The translations under genes and the position numbers were made by a program. Below are positions 47,984 through 56,996 of a DNA stretch of 64,000 nucleotides, piece by piece. Position 1 is the stretch's first letter. The number at the start of each line of letters is the position of its first letter. Below the pieces are notes generated by a model. It had not been told where the DNA came from and searched no databases. It saw nothing but the letters and a program-made list of their open reading frames with translations. This DNA is from a virus (taxonomy: Duplodnaviria; Caudoviricetes), in IMG/VR virus record IMGVR_UViG_3300012979_001162, positions 98,649 through 162,648 of that record. One strand, written 5' to 3'.

Positions 47984-49910
47984 ATGACTTCCTATGAAAT
48001 AATTTATAACCGTGCATTAGCACAAATAACTGATCCTCTTTTGGCACAACTGCCTGAAGAGGATCTTGAAATAATGCTCCACGACTGGCTTATGGATGCT
48101 ATTGTCGAGCCCGTTGTTGGTGAGTATGACTTCTCCGATAAAGACGAAGAGTTGAAGCAATTCAACTTTGATATCTCCGACAGAGACCAGAAAATACTTT
48201 CCATACATATGGTTCGAGGTTGGCTTGCTCCACAGATTAGGTCTGTGACTTTGGCACAGCAGGTTTACTCGGGCAAAGAAACAAAATTGGGACTTGTGTC
48301 CACAGTTCGCTGTATTTGGAAACATTGCAGTGCATTCCTTCGAATATGCTGGAAAACCCTTAGAGTTATAATGCCAAAACAGAGAGATGAAATATGCTCA
48401 TATGGCGTGGTTTAAGAAATTTATAAATTGGGCAATCAGCAGGGAAGATACGAATAGTGTCACCCTCAACGACTATGGGTTGAAATACCCGTAGGGGCAA
48501 GCGCCCCGAAGTGAAGGACGCCTAAGGTTATTTTGTAAATAATTTGTAAATAATTGTATAATAATATTGACTTTTTCAAATATTATGTTATAATATTTAC
48601 AGTACAAAATGATTATGGTGAATGATATAGTCTATGCTCTTGTGAAAGCAGGAGAAAAATTCATTTTATGTTAGTTAAAGAAGGCAGGACAATAGTTTGG
48701 CCGCTATCTTTTGTTACTCTCGATAACAAAATTACTGTCTTCTTTTTCTATATTTATAACTTTCGAGAGAGGTAATAGGTATGAATATTTTTACAATTGA
48801 AGAAGAAAAACAAATTATTGATATGTATAAAAATAATGTTTGTATTGATGATATTATAAATATTTTTGAAACCCAAGAAAAAGATATAAGATTGATTTTA
48901 AAGAATAATTCTGTAGATAGGGTTTATAATTCCTTTAGCGAGGAATTGTATGATAGAATTGTCAAGCTATACAAAGATGGTAATACGCAAGATTATATTT
49001 GTGAGCAATTATTAATTAGAGATCGCTGTATTGTCAAAACACTACGCAAACGTGGCGAACATGTTAGGACATATTCGGAGAATAATCGCCGATATGGACT
49101 AAATGAATACTATTTTGACAAGATAGATAATCCAAACAAAGCATATCTACTAGGTATGTTATACGCAGACGGATGTAATCATGTTGATCACTATGCAATT
49201 ACCTTGTCGTTACAAGAACAAGACAAAGATGTTGTTGAATTTATGAAGAGTGAAGTTGAATACGAGGGTCCAATAAGAATTCATCGATTGTCACAGAAGG
49301 ACTCAAGGCATAAAGATCAACATATATTATGCATTAATGACCAACGCATGTCTTTGCGACTAGAAGAGCTTGGAGTTGTGCAAAATAAAAGTTTAATTAT
49401 ACAATTTCCAAAATTCATTACAGATGATTTAATGCCTCATTTTATTAGAGGTTATTTTGATGGTGATGGCAGTTTGCATTATAATGAAAAACATCAGAAA
49501 ACATATACCTCTGTGGTTGGCACCAAAGACTTTTGCGAGAGTTTATCGCAAATTTTACAAACATTGAATTGCAAACACTTTATTGTGCATCCAAAACAAT
49601 GCAAAGACAGTAATACCTTCGTTCTGAAAACATGTGGCAACAAATCTAGCTTGACATTTTTAAATTGGATGTACGATAATAATGAATTTCATATGGAAAG
49701 AAAATATCAAAAATATTTATATGCAAAAGAAAAATATTTAGCAAAAATGAATGCTTAATTGTAGTAGCGACACAATTAAGAAATATTACAGATTACGCCC
49801 AAGCAAACCACCTTGCAGAACTGCGTGCTCTTGACGAACAACTTCGCAAAGACGCCGACTTGCTTTTCTGCCGTGGAACATATTTAAACAACGACTATTT
49901 CAACGATTGA
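47984..49910 (+). CDS. head-tail connector-like protein, spliced: join(47984..48287,49792..49910)
   Basis: Splice AAA T|AT TAC gives GKETKYYAQANHLAELRAL...YFND*; product inferred from synteny. Confidence 0.75.
48288..49791 (+). mobile_element. group I intron in head-tail connector gene
   Basis: Core motifs ATGCTGGAAA (P), AATCAGCAGG (Q), TCAACGACTA (R), ATGATATAGTC (S); exon ends in U, intron ends in G. Confidence 0.92.
48781..49758 (+). CDS. intron-encoded LAGLIDADG homing endonuclease
   Basis: AYLLGMLYADG and FIRGYFDGDG; N-terminal HTH-like repeats. Confidence 0.9.
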   Translation: MNIFTIEEEKQIIDMYKNNVCIDDIINIFETQEKDIRLILKNNSVDRVYNSFSEELYDRIVKLYKDGNTQDYICEQLLIRDRCIVKTLRKRGEHVRTYSENNRRYGLNEYYFDKIDNPNKAYLLGMLYADGCNHVDHYAITLSLQEQDKDVVEFMKSEVEYEGPIRIHRLSQKDSRHKDQHILCINDQRMSLRLEELGVVQNKSLIIQFPKFITDDLMPHFIRGYFDGDGSLHYNEKHQKTYTSVVGTKDFCESLSQILQTLNCKHFIVHPKQCKDSNTFVLKTCGNKSSLTFLNWMYDNNEFHMERKYQKYLYAKEKYLAKMNA

Positions 49911-49921
49911 GGGGTATTGCT

Positions 49922-50218
49922 ATGAAAAATTGTTATGAAAATATCCCGTCGAATCAAATTGAAAAACAAAAGCGCTACTTCTATGGCGCAATAATTAATT
50001 GCCTCTACTTATGGGATGACAATAGTCCTTTTGTAGATGCAACAATTCAAACCTTAATTAATCAAATCCTCGGCTCAAATGCTCTATTCGGTTTCCAGCC
50101 CGAGGTACTTACTATTGTAGGTAATCTGGAGACCGCCCGTCAAAATCCAAGGCAGTTTCGTAAATGTATTCTCGACGCTGCTAATCTGGTAGACACCTTA
50201 AAAGGCGGTGATTCCTGA
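49922..50218 (+). CDS. hypothetical morphogenesis-module protein
   Basis: GAGGGG RBS. Confidence 0.65.
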   Translation: MKNCYENIPSNQIEKQKRYFYGAIINCLYLWDDNSPFVDATIQTLINQILGSNALFGFQPEVLTIVGNLETARQNPRQFRKCILDAANLVDTLKGGDS

Positions 50219-51279
50219 TGTTTGAGCACTACAAAAGCCGTATGGCTCACAGGGGCGCAAATATGAGTGAAATGCTCCGTATGCAGTCCAATATGGTAAT
50301 TGAGCAAACTTGGGATCGAGACCCGAACTTCAGACGTGTTTATGTGGTTAAGGTAAGCAGAGGCTTGCCTGAAGTTACAGACAAGCATGAACTCATCGAT
50401 GTTAAATTCAATGTTGACACCTACCAAAAAGCTGGCGCAGATGAGCCCGCATACCATCTTCAATTCCGTCATGGTGCTGAAAAGCGCAACCCAGACATCG
50501 GCGTCGGTTCATATGTTTATATGGCTGACGAGGATGGAGAGTGGAAATGGTGGTTAATCACAATGCTTGACGAGAGACCTCAGTTCAGGCAATACGCCAT
50601 TAATGAATGTAACTGGAAGTTCGGCTGGGTATCTGATGGTAAGATTTATTATCATCTTGGCGTTCTTCGCAATGGCAGTTCGACGCGCGAAGTTGATGAG
50701 AATTCATATACCTCCGTGGTCAATGGCAACGCGATTGCTTGGATGGCAACCAACGCGGACACGCAGTTAATCGACCACAATCAGAGATTTTTGATTTCTG
50801 ACTACGGTCGTAAGATTCCTTTGTGTTTTGGTGTCGGCAACATTGTTGACACTATGCCCATTGGCATAACCAAATTTGTGTTGAGTCAGCAGACATTCGA
50901 TCCTGCTCACGACAACGCAGATTTGATGTTGGCTAATTACTACGCAGGCAGTGTGGAGCCCACAGAGCCCGACATCGAGCAAGAGCTTTCTGGCACAGCG
51001 TCTATTACCTTCTCTGGTACTAAGCCTACCGTCAAAGTTGGCGGTTCTTATAAAACCTTTACACCTGTATTCAGTGTTGAGGGAACGACGGTTGTCAAAT
51101 GGCTCGTTAGCGATGAAAATGGTGACATTGGTGGTGACACCAATTACACTATTGAGCGTGATGGTGAAAAACTCAAGTTGAAGGTTGCATTAAACTACAA
51201 CCTTATTGGTACCGTACTTATTATTCAGGTTCTTGGATCTGATGGTAGTACGGCAGAAGTTAGTGTGGAGGTGATTTAA
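50218..51279 (+). CDS. putative head-closure/neck protein with C-terminal Ig-like domain
   Basis: Synteny; beta-rich C-terminus. Confidence 0.55.
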   Translation: MFEHYKSRMAHRGANMSEMLRMQSNMVIEQTWDRDPNFRRVYVVKVSRGLPEVTDKHELIDVKFNVDTYQKAGADEPAYHLQFRHGAEKRNPDIGVGSYVYMADEDGEWKWWLITMLDERPQFRQYAINECNWKFGWVSDGKIYYHLGVLRNGSSTREVDENSYTSVVNGNAIAWMATNADTQLIDHNQRFLISDYGRKIPLCFGVGNIVDTMPIGITKFVLSQQTFDPAHDNADLMLANYYAGSVEPTEPDIEQELSGTASITFSGTKPTVKVGGSYKTFTPVFSVEGTTVVKWLVSDENGDIGGDTNYTIERDGEKLKLKVALNYNLIGTVLIIQVLGSDGSTAEVSVEVI

Positions 51280-51794
51280 TGAAGCGTGATATTCAGAAGA
51301 TTGATGATGACATCATTCGCAAGAAACGTCTTATTGAACAAATCCTCTACTCTGATGAGGATATTATAGAGATTTTGGATAATCCAAATTTAAGTCCCGA
51401 TACTCCAGAGGATTATGTGGACGAAAATATTTTTAGTTTTCTTCGTATCCCCGGTACGCAGGATGTCTCTAAAAATTTCATTACATTTATAGTTGACGAT
51501 ATGGGTCGCACGCCCAATAATCAAGTAATGAAGTCTCAATATGTGCAGTTTGTGGTGTTTGTACATAAAAGTTTGGTGAAAACCCAATATGGTATGAAAC
51601 GGCACGACTTACTTGGATATCTCATTCGAGATATTTTTAACTTGTCCAATTGTCTTGGCCCACAAATGGAACTCGTGAGCAACAAAGAAGGTATTGCGGA
51701 TAATGATTTTTGTACTCGCACATTGAAGTTTGAACTCATTGATGATAATTCTACTAAACCTCTTAGAACTAATCCTTACGATTATCGGAGGTAG
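51279..51794 (+). CDS. putative tail terminator/neck protein
   Basis: Synteny and size. Confidence 0.5.
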   Translation: MKRDIQKIDDDIIRKKRLIEQILYSDEDIIEILDNPNLSPDTPEDYVDENIFSFLRIPGTQDVSKNFITFIVDDMGRTPNNQVMKSQYVQFVVFVHKSLVKTQYGMKRHDLLGYLIRDIFNLSNCLGPQMELVSNKEGIADNDFCTRTLKFELIDDNSTKPLRTNPYDYRR

Positions 51795-51797
51795 GTT

Positions 51798-52592
51798 ATG
51801 GAAGGTTTTCAGGTAGATGAACTCAAATTATATCTCGGTTCTGATATTAAGATTGCTAATGGTATTACTTTGTATCAGCCGACAATCGGAGATATTGCCA
51901 ACTATAATGAGGCTGAATATTTTTCAATGGCACAAACTCTTACGGCGAGCCCGAGCACAATGAAAGTTGCGCTTGATGATATGAAATTGGATTATATGAA
52001 GGTTGAAGATTTTCAATTGTTTATGATGCTTTGTCAATCTTTAACGCCAGATAAAACTAAACCGTTGCTTGGAGACTTGGATTTAACTAAGTTTAGACCA
52101 CATCAACTGAAAGATAGTGATGAGGTTGTTCTGATTAACGAACAAGCTGATGAAAACGGGAAACCTATTGTTATGAACTCCATTATTTATGAAGTGTTGG
52201 TTACATATATACGAAAAATGCATGGATTCAAAAAACAGGTTGATAAGGCAGGCAATGCTATTACACGCAAAGTGTTGATTGACGAAGATCGTAAGGCGGC
52301 TCAACGTAATAAGGATAAACCATATAAGTCATTTTTGGTGCCATTAGTGTCTTCCCTTCAGGGCAGACAAGGGTATACAAAAGAGTATATTTGTAATATG
52401 GGCTTGTATGAATTTATGAATCAGATCAATCGTGTACAGATTATTGTTCAAGCAGATGCGGCCCTTGGCGGGATGTATTCCGGCTTCGTTGACACAAAAC
52501 GTATGGATAAGACAGTTCTCGATTGGACAAGAGATATTACAGAAGAATCAAATACGAAAAATAAAACAATTCTTAAAGAAGGCGCCAATTAA
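51798..52592 (+). CDS. hypothetical tail-module protein
   Basis: GGAGG RBS; synteny. Confidence 0.65.
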   Translation: MEGFQVDELKLYLGSDIKIANGITLYQPTIGDIANYNEAEYFSMAQTLTASPSTMKVALDDMKLDYMKVEDFQLFMMLCQSLTPDKTKPLLGDLDLTKFRPHQLKDSDEVVLINEQADENGKPIVMNSIIYEVLVTYIRKMHGFKKQVDKAGNAITRKVLIDEDRKAAQRNKDKPYKSFLVPLVSSLQGRQGYTKEYICNMGLYEFMNQINRVQIIVQADAALGGMYSGFVDTKRMDKTVLDWTRDITEESNTKNKTILKEGAN

Positions 52593-52638
52593 TGGCGTTT
52601 TATATATTAAAATAATTTATTAAATGGAGGAATATATT

Positions 52639-53421
52639 ATGGCACAATATGCACTTGATAGAGTACTCAGTGTTGCAGGTACTTATGCTGCAACAAACTC
52701 TAAGAAGGGTATTACCGCTGGCGAAGTAGCTATGATTTGCGACCAGGTAACGGAACCCACACTTAATTTTACCGCAGAAACCGAAGATATTGTTGACGCA
52801 AGAAACAATGTTGCGATGGTGCTTGAAAATGGTAGAGGCGCAACTTTCGGTTTTAGTAACGCTTTCTTTAATACTGGCCTTCTTGCTCAGCAGGTTGGTG
52901 GTGTAGCTGAGGCTGTTACTGGCGCCGAGTTCACCAAGTATGACATTCTTACTGTTGGCGCAGATAAGAAGGCAGCCCTTGGTGCTACTCTTTCTGGAGA
53001 CACAGTTTCTAAGGTTTACAAACTTAACAAAGATGGTAGCTTTACTAATGCTGCGGCTCTTGCTGTGACAACTGATTACACCTACGCAGAAGGCAAAATT
53101 ACAGGTGTTACTCTTGCAGAGGGTGACAAGATCCTTGTTGTTTATACTGCAGTAGCAAATGGCGAGCAGATTACAGCTCTTGCAGACGCTTCTAATGAAC
53201 TTCTTAATGTTACCGCAGAGGTTCTCTTACGTGAACTTTGTAATGAAGAGCTCTACTATGCTTTCCTTGTGTTCCGTGGTAAGTTGAACGGCGAGGCAGA
53301 ATGGGCAATGCAGAGAGATTCTCAGCACGGAGCAGAATTCAGAATTATGCCTGAATACTGTTCTGCAGACAGAAAGCTTGTTGATATTATTATCGTTAGA
53401 GGCGAAGACCTTATTGCATAA
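52639..53421 (+). CDS. major tail (tube) protein
   Basis: Ala/Gly/Thr-rich, biased codons, position after neck genes. Confidence 0.65.
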   Translation: MAQYALDRVLSVAGTYAATNSKKGITAGEVAMICDQVTEPTLNFTAETEDIVDARNNVAMVLENGRGATFGFSNAFFNTGLLAQQVGGVAEAVTGAEFTKYDILTVGADKKAALGATLSGDTVSKVYKLNKDGSFTNAAALAVTTDYTYAEGKITGVTLAEGDKILVVYTAVANGEQITALADASNELLNVTAEVLLRELCNEELYYAFLVFRGKLNGEAEWAMQRDSQHGAEFRIMPEYCSADRKLVDIIIVRGEDLIA

Positions 53422-53464
53422 TTATCAACAATAATTTCGTAAAATTTTTGTATATTTTGTCATA

Positions 53465-53492
53465 TTGACAATACAAAATGATTATGATATAA
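53465..53492 (+). promoter_or_regulatory. sigmaA-type promoter containing the ACAAAATGATT box in its spacer
   Basis: TTGACA-ATACAAAATGATTATGA-TATAAT (17-nt spacer). Confidence 0.8.
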
Positions 53493-53614
53493 TATATACA
53501 ACAGAATAGATAGAGAGTAATTAACTCTATTGACAAGAGAGTGGTTTTACCTCGCCGCTCTCTTTCTGTTGTTTATTTTTAAAGAGGTATAATAAAGATA
53601 TGAGGTAATGTTTT

Positions 53615-54937
53615 ATGAAAATGACTTTGAGCTTATATGATTGGTGTATTTTAAATAATAAACCCAATATGATTGATGAATGGGACGAGTCTAATAATGT
53701 ATCGATGCAGAATGTGGCGTATGGTAGTGATAAAAAGTATGCATGGAGAGACTCTTTTGGTCATCGTTGGGACGCATCGCCGAATAATCGCACAAATCAC
53801 AATACGGGTTGTCCGGTTTGTGCGGGTAGGGTTCTTTTGCACGGGTTTAATGATTTAGTAACTACACGCCCGGACATAGCTAGTGAATTTATGATGGATA
53901 AAAACATTGGTATTGATATTAATTCTTTAACCATTCATTCTATCAAGAAGGTTTGGTGGAAATGCTCTGAGTGTGGTCGCGAGTGGAGAGCTAAAGTGTC
54001 GGAGAGAGTTGCTGGTCACGGTTGCAAGTCGTGCACTTCAAAAATTAAAGCAGAAAATCGTGTTGCTAAGTTGTTAGAAGACGGCGGTTCCTTATGGGAT
54101 TCTGGATATGATTTTATTAATGAATGGGATTATGATAAAAATTATCCTTTGACGCCTTACGATGTAACTCCAATGGCGAATCGCAAAGCATACTGGATAT
54201 GTTCTGAATGTGGCCACAGTTGGAAGGCGCTAATTAACAATCGTGCTTTTGGAAATGGTTGTCCAGAGTGTGCCAAAGCAAAGCGAGTTCAAACCAAGAC
54301 GACAAATGATATTTTGCAAAGAGGTTCTTTGGCAGATGTTAATCCAAGACTGGCGGAAGAGTTTTTGATTGAAAAAAATAACGACTTAAAACCCTCCGAT
54401 ATATTATTACATTCTGGAAAACTTTATTGGTGGAAATGTAAGGATTGTGGATGCGAATGGCAAGCTACCGCCGATTCGCGTGCTGACAACAAGGGTTGCC
54501 CGGAATGTGCTCGTAACAACTCCAAAAGCCGCTTACAAAGGCTGGTTGAAAAATATATTGAAGAAAAATATTGTTTAACGATGAAGCATGAATTTGACTG
54601 CAGTTTGCATTGCAAGAACCCAAAAACATCGTGTAATATGCCATATGATAATGAAATTGTTTTATCTAATGGAGTTAAGTTAATTATCGAAGTGCACGGG
54701 GTACAGCATTATCAAGTGACGGGCTGGGCAAAATCAAAGGCTAAACATTATAATATTACGCCAGAGGAGGCATTTGAATATCAGCGGTGGAAAGATAATT
54801 ATAAGCAAGCATATGCTATCGGGCAGGGATATGAATATTTAATTATACCATATTGGTCTGAAACAGACGAATCATATCAGTTGATTATTGACTCTAAAAT
54901 TCATGAAATATTATCTAAAACACAACAAAATGATTAA
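53615..54937 (+). CDS. free-standing endonuclease with repeated zinc-ribbon (DUF4379-like) domains and C-terminal PD-(D/E)xK-type domain
   Basis: Repeats W.C..CG..W.A....R....GCP.C; MPYD...IIEVHG.QHY...D..K. Confidence 0.78.
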   Translation: MKMTLSLYDWCILNNKPNMIDEWDESNNVSMQNVAYGSDKKYAWRDSFGHRWDASPNNRTNHNTGCPVCAGRVLLHGFNDLVTTRPDIASEFMMDKNIGIDINSLTIHSIKKVWWKCSECGREWRAKVSERVAGHGCKSCTSKIKAENRVAKLLEDGGSLWDSGYDFINEWDYDKNYPLTPYDVTPMANRKAYWICSECGHSWKALINNRAFGNGCPECAKAKRVQTKTTNDILQRGSLADVNPRLAEEFLIEKNNDLKPSDILLHSGKLYWWKCKDCGCEWQATADSRADNKGCPECARNNSKSRLQRLVEKYIEEKYCLTMKHEFDCSLHCKNPKTSCNMPYDNEIVLSNGVKLIIEVHGVQHYQVTGWAKSKAKHYNITPEEAFEYQRWKDNYKQAYAIGQGYEYLIIPYWSETDESYQLIIDSKIHEILSKTQQND

Positions 54938-54960
54938 GAGTGGGAATCCCACTCTTTTTT
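54936..54960 (+). terminator. intrinsic terminator
   Basis: AAGAGTGGGA-TCCCACTCTT then T run. Confidence 0.75.
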
Positions 54961-54976
54961 ATATGTTTAATAGTAG

Positions 54977-55186
54977 GTGAATTATATGAAGAAACATATT
55001 TGCCGCAACTGCGGACTTACTTATGAATATTGCCGAGGCTGTTTACTATCTCCTATTTCATACAAAGAAAATGGATTTTGTAGTTCAACATGCCAAGACG
55101 CGTTTAAAAACAAATTAGAAGAAGTTATCCTAACAGAGGATGTAGAAGTAATTATAACTGATAGGGATATCTCTACATCTGAATAA
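54977..55186 (+). CDS. small Cys-rich protein
   Basis: CRNCG..YEYC..C...FCS..C. Confidence 0.6.
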   Translation: MNYMKKHICRNCGLTYEYCRGCLLSPISYKENGFCSSTCQDAFKNKLEEVILTEDVEVIITDRDISTSE

Positions 55187-55237
55187 GATTTAGTCGATAT
55201 CCCTATTTTTTACGCTGATAAAAAGGAGAAAAGATAA

Positions 55238-55459
55238 ATGATTACAAGTAAAATTACGGGCAAAAGTTACGAACCGAGTGACTGCGTCTATCTGACTAAT
55301 ATGCTTCAGGTCAAGAAATACTTGGAACATCTTGGTCCAGATTTTATGCTTGATATTTTATTTTCAAGCGAACAAAGACCAGATGCTCTCGTTTTTGTAT
55401 GGAAGAAATGCCCAGAAACAAGAGAAGCAAAACAAAAGTGGGACAACCACTTACTTTAA
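55238..55459 (+). CDS. small hypothetical protein
   Basis: AAGGAG RBS. Confidence 0.65.
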   Translation: MITSKITGKSYEPSDCVYLTNMLQVKKYLEHLGPDFMLDILFSSEQRPDALVFVWKKCPETREAKQKWDNHLL

Positions 55460-55484
55460 TAACAAAGAAAGGAGTTGATGCGAC

Positions 55485-56000
55485 GTGCAGATTTTTGTAT
55501 TTAACTGCGCGAACTCTCGTATGCGCCGATTCACTTCCGGCGTAATTTACGCCAACTCCTATCCAAATACCGTATTCAAATTCAACTTTAACACGCCTGA
55601 TTGGAACATCTCTCTCACCAAGACTGCCGTCTTCAGTTATCGTGGCAGGAACTACCCAGAGCCCCTCGACGAAAACAATATGTGCCGAGTGCCTGAAGAA
55701 GTGCTCCACGAGGGCTATTTCTTGGTGTCCATTCAGGATGGTCAAGGGCTTTTGACTAATAATGTCCGAGTGCCGGTTGCACCGATGCCCGAGGAGTTGG
55801 AACCTAACACGCCAGGTGGTGGCAATAGTGGACCAACTATGGTTTATGTGCCAGAAGTTGATGAAAGAAAAATTTTATCTTGGACTATTCAGGAGGTTAC
55901 AGAGGATATGCCACACATTCCTCCCACAGATTTAAACCCATATGATGAATGGACCGCAGATGAAACAGAAAGTGAATATGTATGGGAGGAGGATGTATAA
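55485..56000 (+). CDS. BppU-like baseplate/fibre-anchoring protein
   Basis: F.F..PDW..LTKTAVF...C.VP.EVL pattern; GTG start with AAAGGAG. Confidence 0.55.
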   Translation: MQIFVFNCANSRMRRFTSGVIYANSYPNTVFKFNFNTPDWNISLTKTAVFSYRGRNYPEPLDENNMCRVPEEVLHEGYFLVSIQDGQGLLTNNVRVPVAPMPEELEPNTPGGGNSGPTMVYVPEVDERKILSWTIQEVTEDMPHIPPTDLNPYDEWTADETESEYVWEEDV

Positions 56001-56767
56001 TGGCTAATGTACGGTTTATCAAAACGACAAAAGAAAAACATTTAAAACGTGAAACATACGATCCTAATGCCCTCTATTTCTGTGAAGATACACAAGAGAT
56101 ATATAAAGGTCAGTACCCTTATACCGAGGGAATTAAAGTAATTCCAACCAAGGCAGACTTACCCTCGTGCCCTTGTGCGGCAGATGGTGTCGTATATTTT
56201 GTTGCAGAGACCAAGAGTGGTTATATGATGTCACCCGACAGAACCGAGTGGCTTCAAACCATCTATGCGCCTGTTACAGATGCCTATACAATTCCTGAGG
56301 AGGAAATGTATACAACTGTAACTACGGTTGGTGCTGTAAGAGACATTGAAAAGAAAATTTATGAGCGCATTGACGAAGTTGCTTCGGGCGGAGGGCTCAG
56401 CAATCTTACGCCTGTTGACGGCACTATTAAGATTGCCGATACTTCCGACGGTGGCAAATCTATCGGTATTTCTATTGCTCCTATTGCTGGAAATATACTA
56501 AAGGCAGTTGATGGGGGTTTATTTGTACCCGAGGTATCTGTTAAGATTGCCGACAACGCCCACGGTCTTGTAGCGGTGGACGGAGCGTTGACTATCAATC
56601 TCGCTACCAAAGATAGCGACGGCGCTATGTCCAAGGAAGATAAGGCGTTTCTTGATGAGCTTAAAGAGCTTAATATTTCTGATGAATATGCAACCAAAGA
56701 AGAGGTGCAAAGTGTCAGAGAATCTGTCGCGCAGGTTGAAAATTGCTACGTGTGGACAGAAATGTAA
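56000..56767 (+). CDS. tail fibre-like protein
   Basis: N-terminal ...ALYFCEDT.EIYKG module; LAT...DGAMSKEDK motif. Confidence 0.6.
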   Translation: MANVRFIKTTKEKHLKRETYDPNALYFCEDTQEIYKGQYPYTEGIKVIPTKADLPSCPCAADGVVYFVAETKSGYMMSPDRTEWLQTIYAPVTDAYTIPEEEMYTTVTTVGAVRDIEKKIYERIDEVASGGGLSNLTPVDGTIKIADTSDGGKSIGISIAPIAGNILKAVDGGLFVPEVSVKIADNAHGLVAVDGALTINLATKDSDGAMSKEDKAFLDELKELNISDEYATKEEVQSVRESVAQVENCYVWTEM

Positions 56768-56797
56768 AATTAATATATTTTAAAAGGAGAAGAAATT

Positions 56798-56971
56798 ATG
56801 TCTTGTATTTATGTAACATATGACGTTAATATGCGTAGGCATTTAAACGAAAGAGGTTTTAGATATATTCTGTGTGGTTTGAACCCAAATAACAATGATA
56901 TGTTTTGGGTATTTGAGCGTACAGAAGATTTAAACAAGGTTGTTAAACAGTGGTTTAACAATACAAAATGA
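56798..56971 (+). CDS. small phage protein (57 aa, not in ORF track), paralogue of 33796..33978
   Basis: MSCIYVTYD...G.RY...GLNP...FWVF; AAGGAG RBS. Confidence 0.6.
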   Translation: MSCIYVTYDVNMRRHLNERGFRYILCGLNPNNNDMFWVFERTEDLNKVVKQWFNNTK

Positions 56972-56996
56972 TTAATAATTTGAAGAGGTAGTATAT

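Noticed and set aside
48288-48415. C-terminus of ORF 47984..48415 as given in the track
   Set aside because: It is read-through into group I intron sequence; the real C-terminus is exon 2 at 49792-49910.
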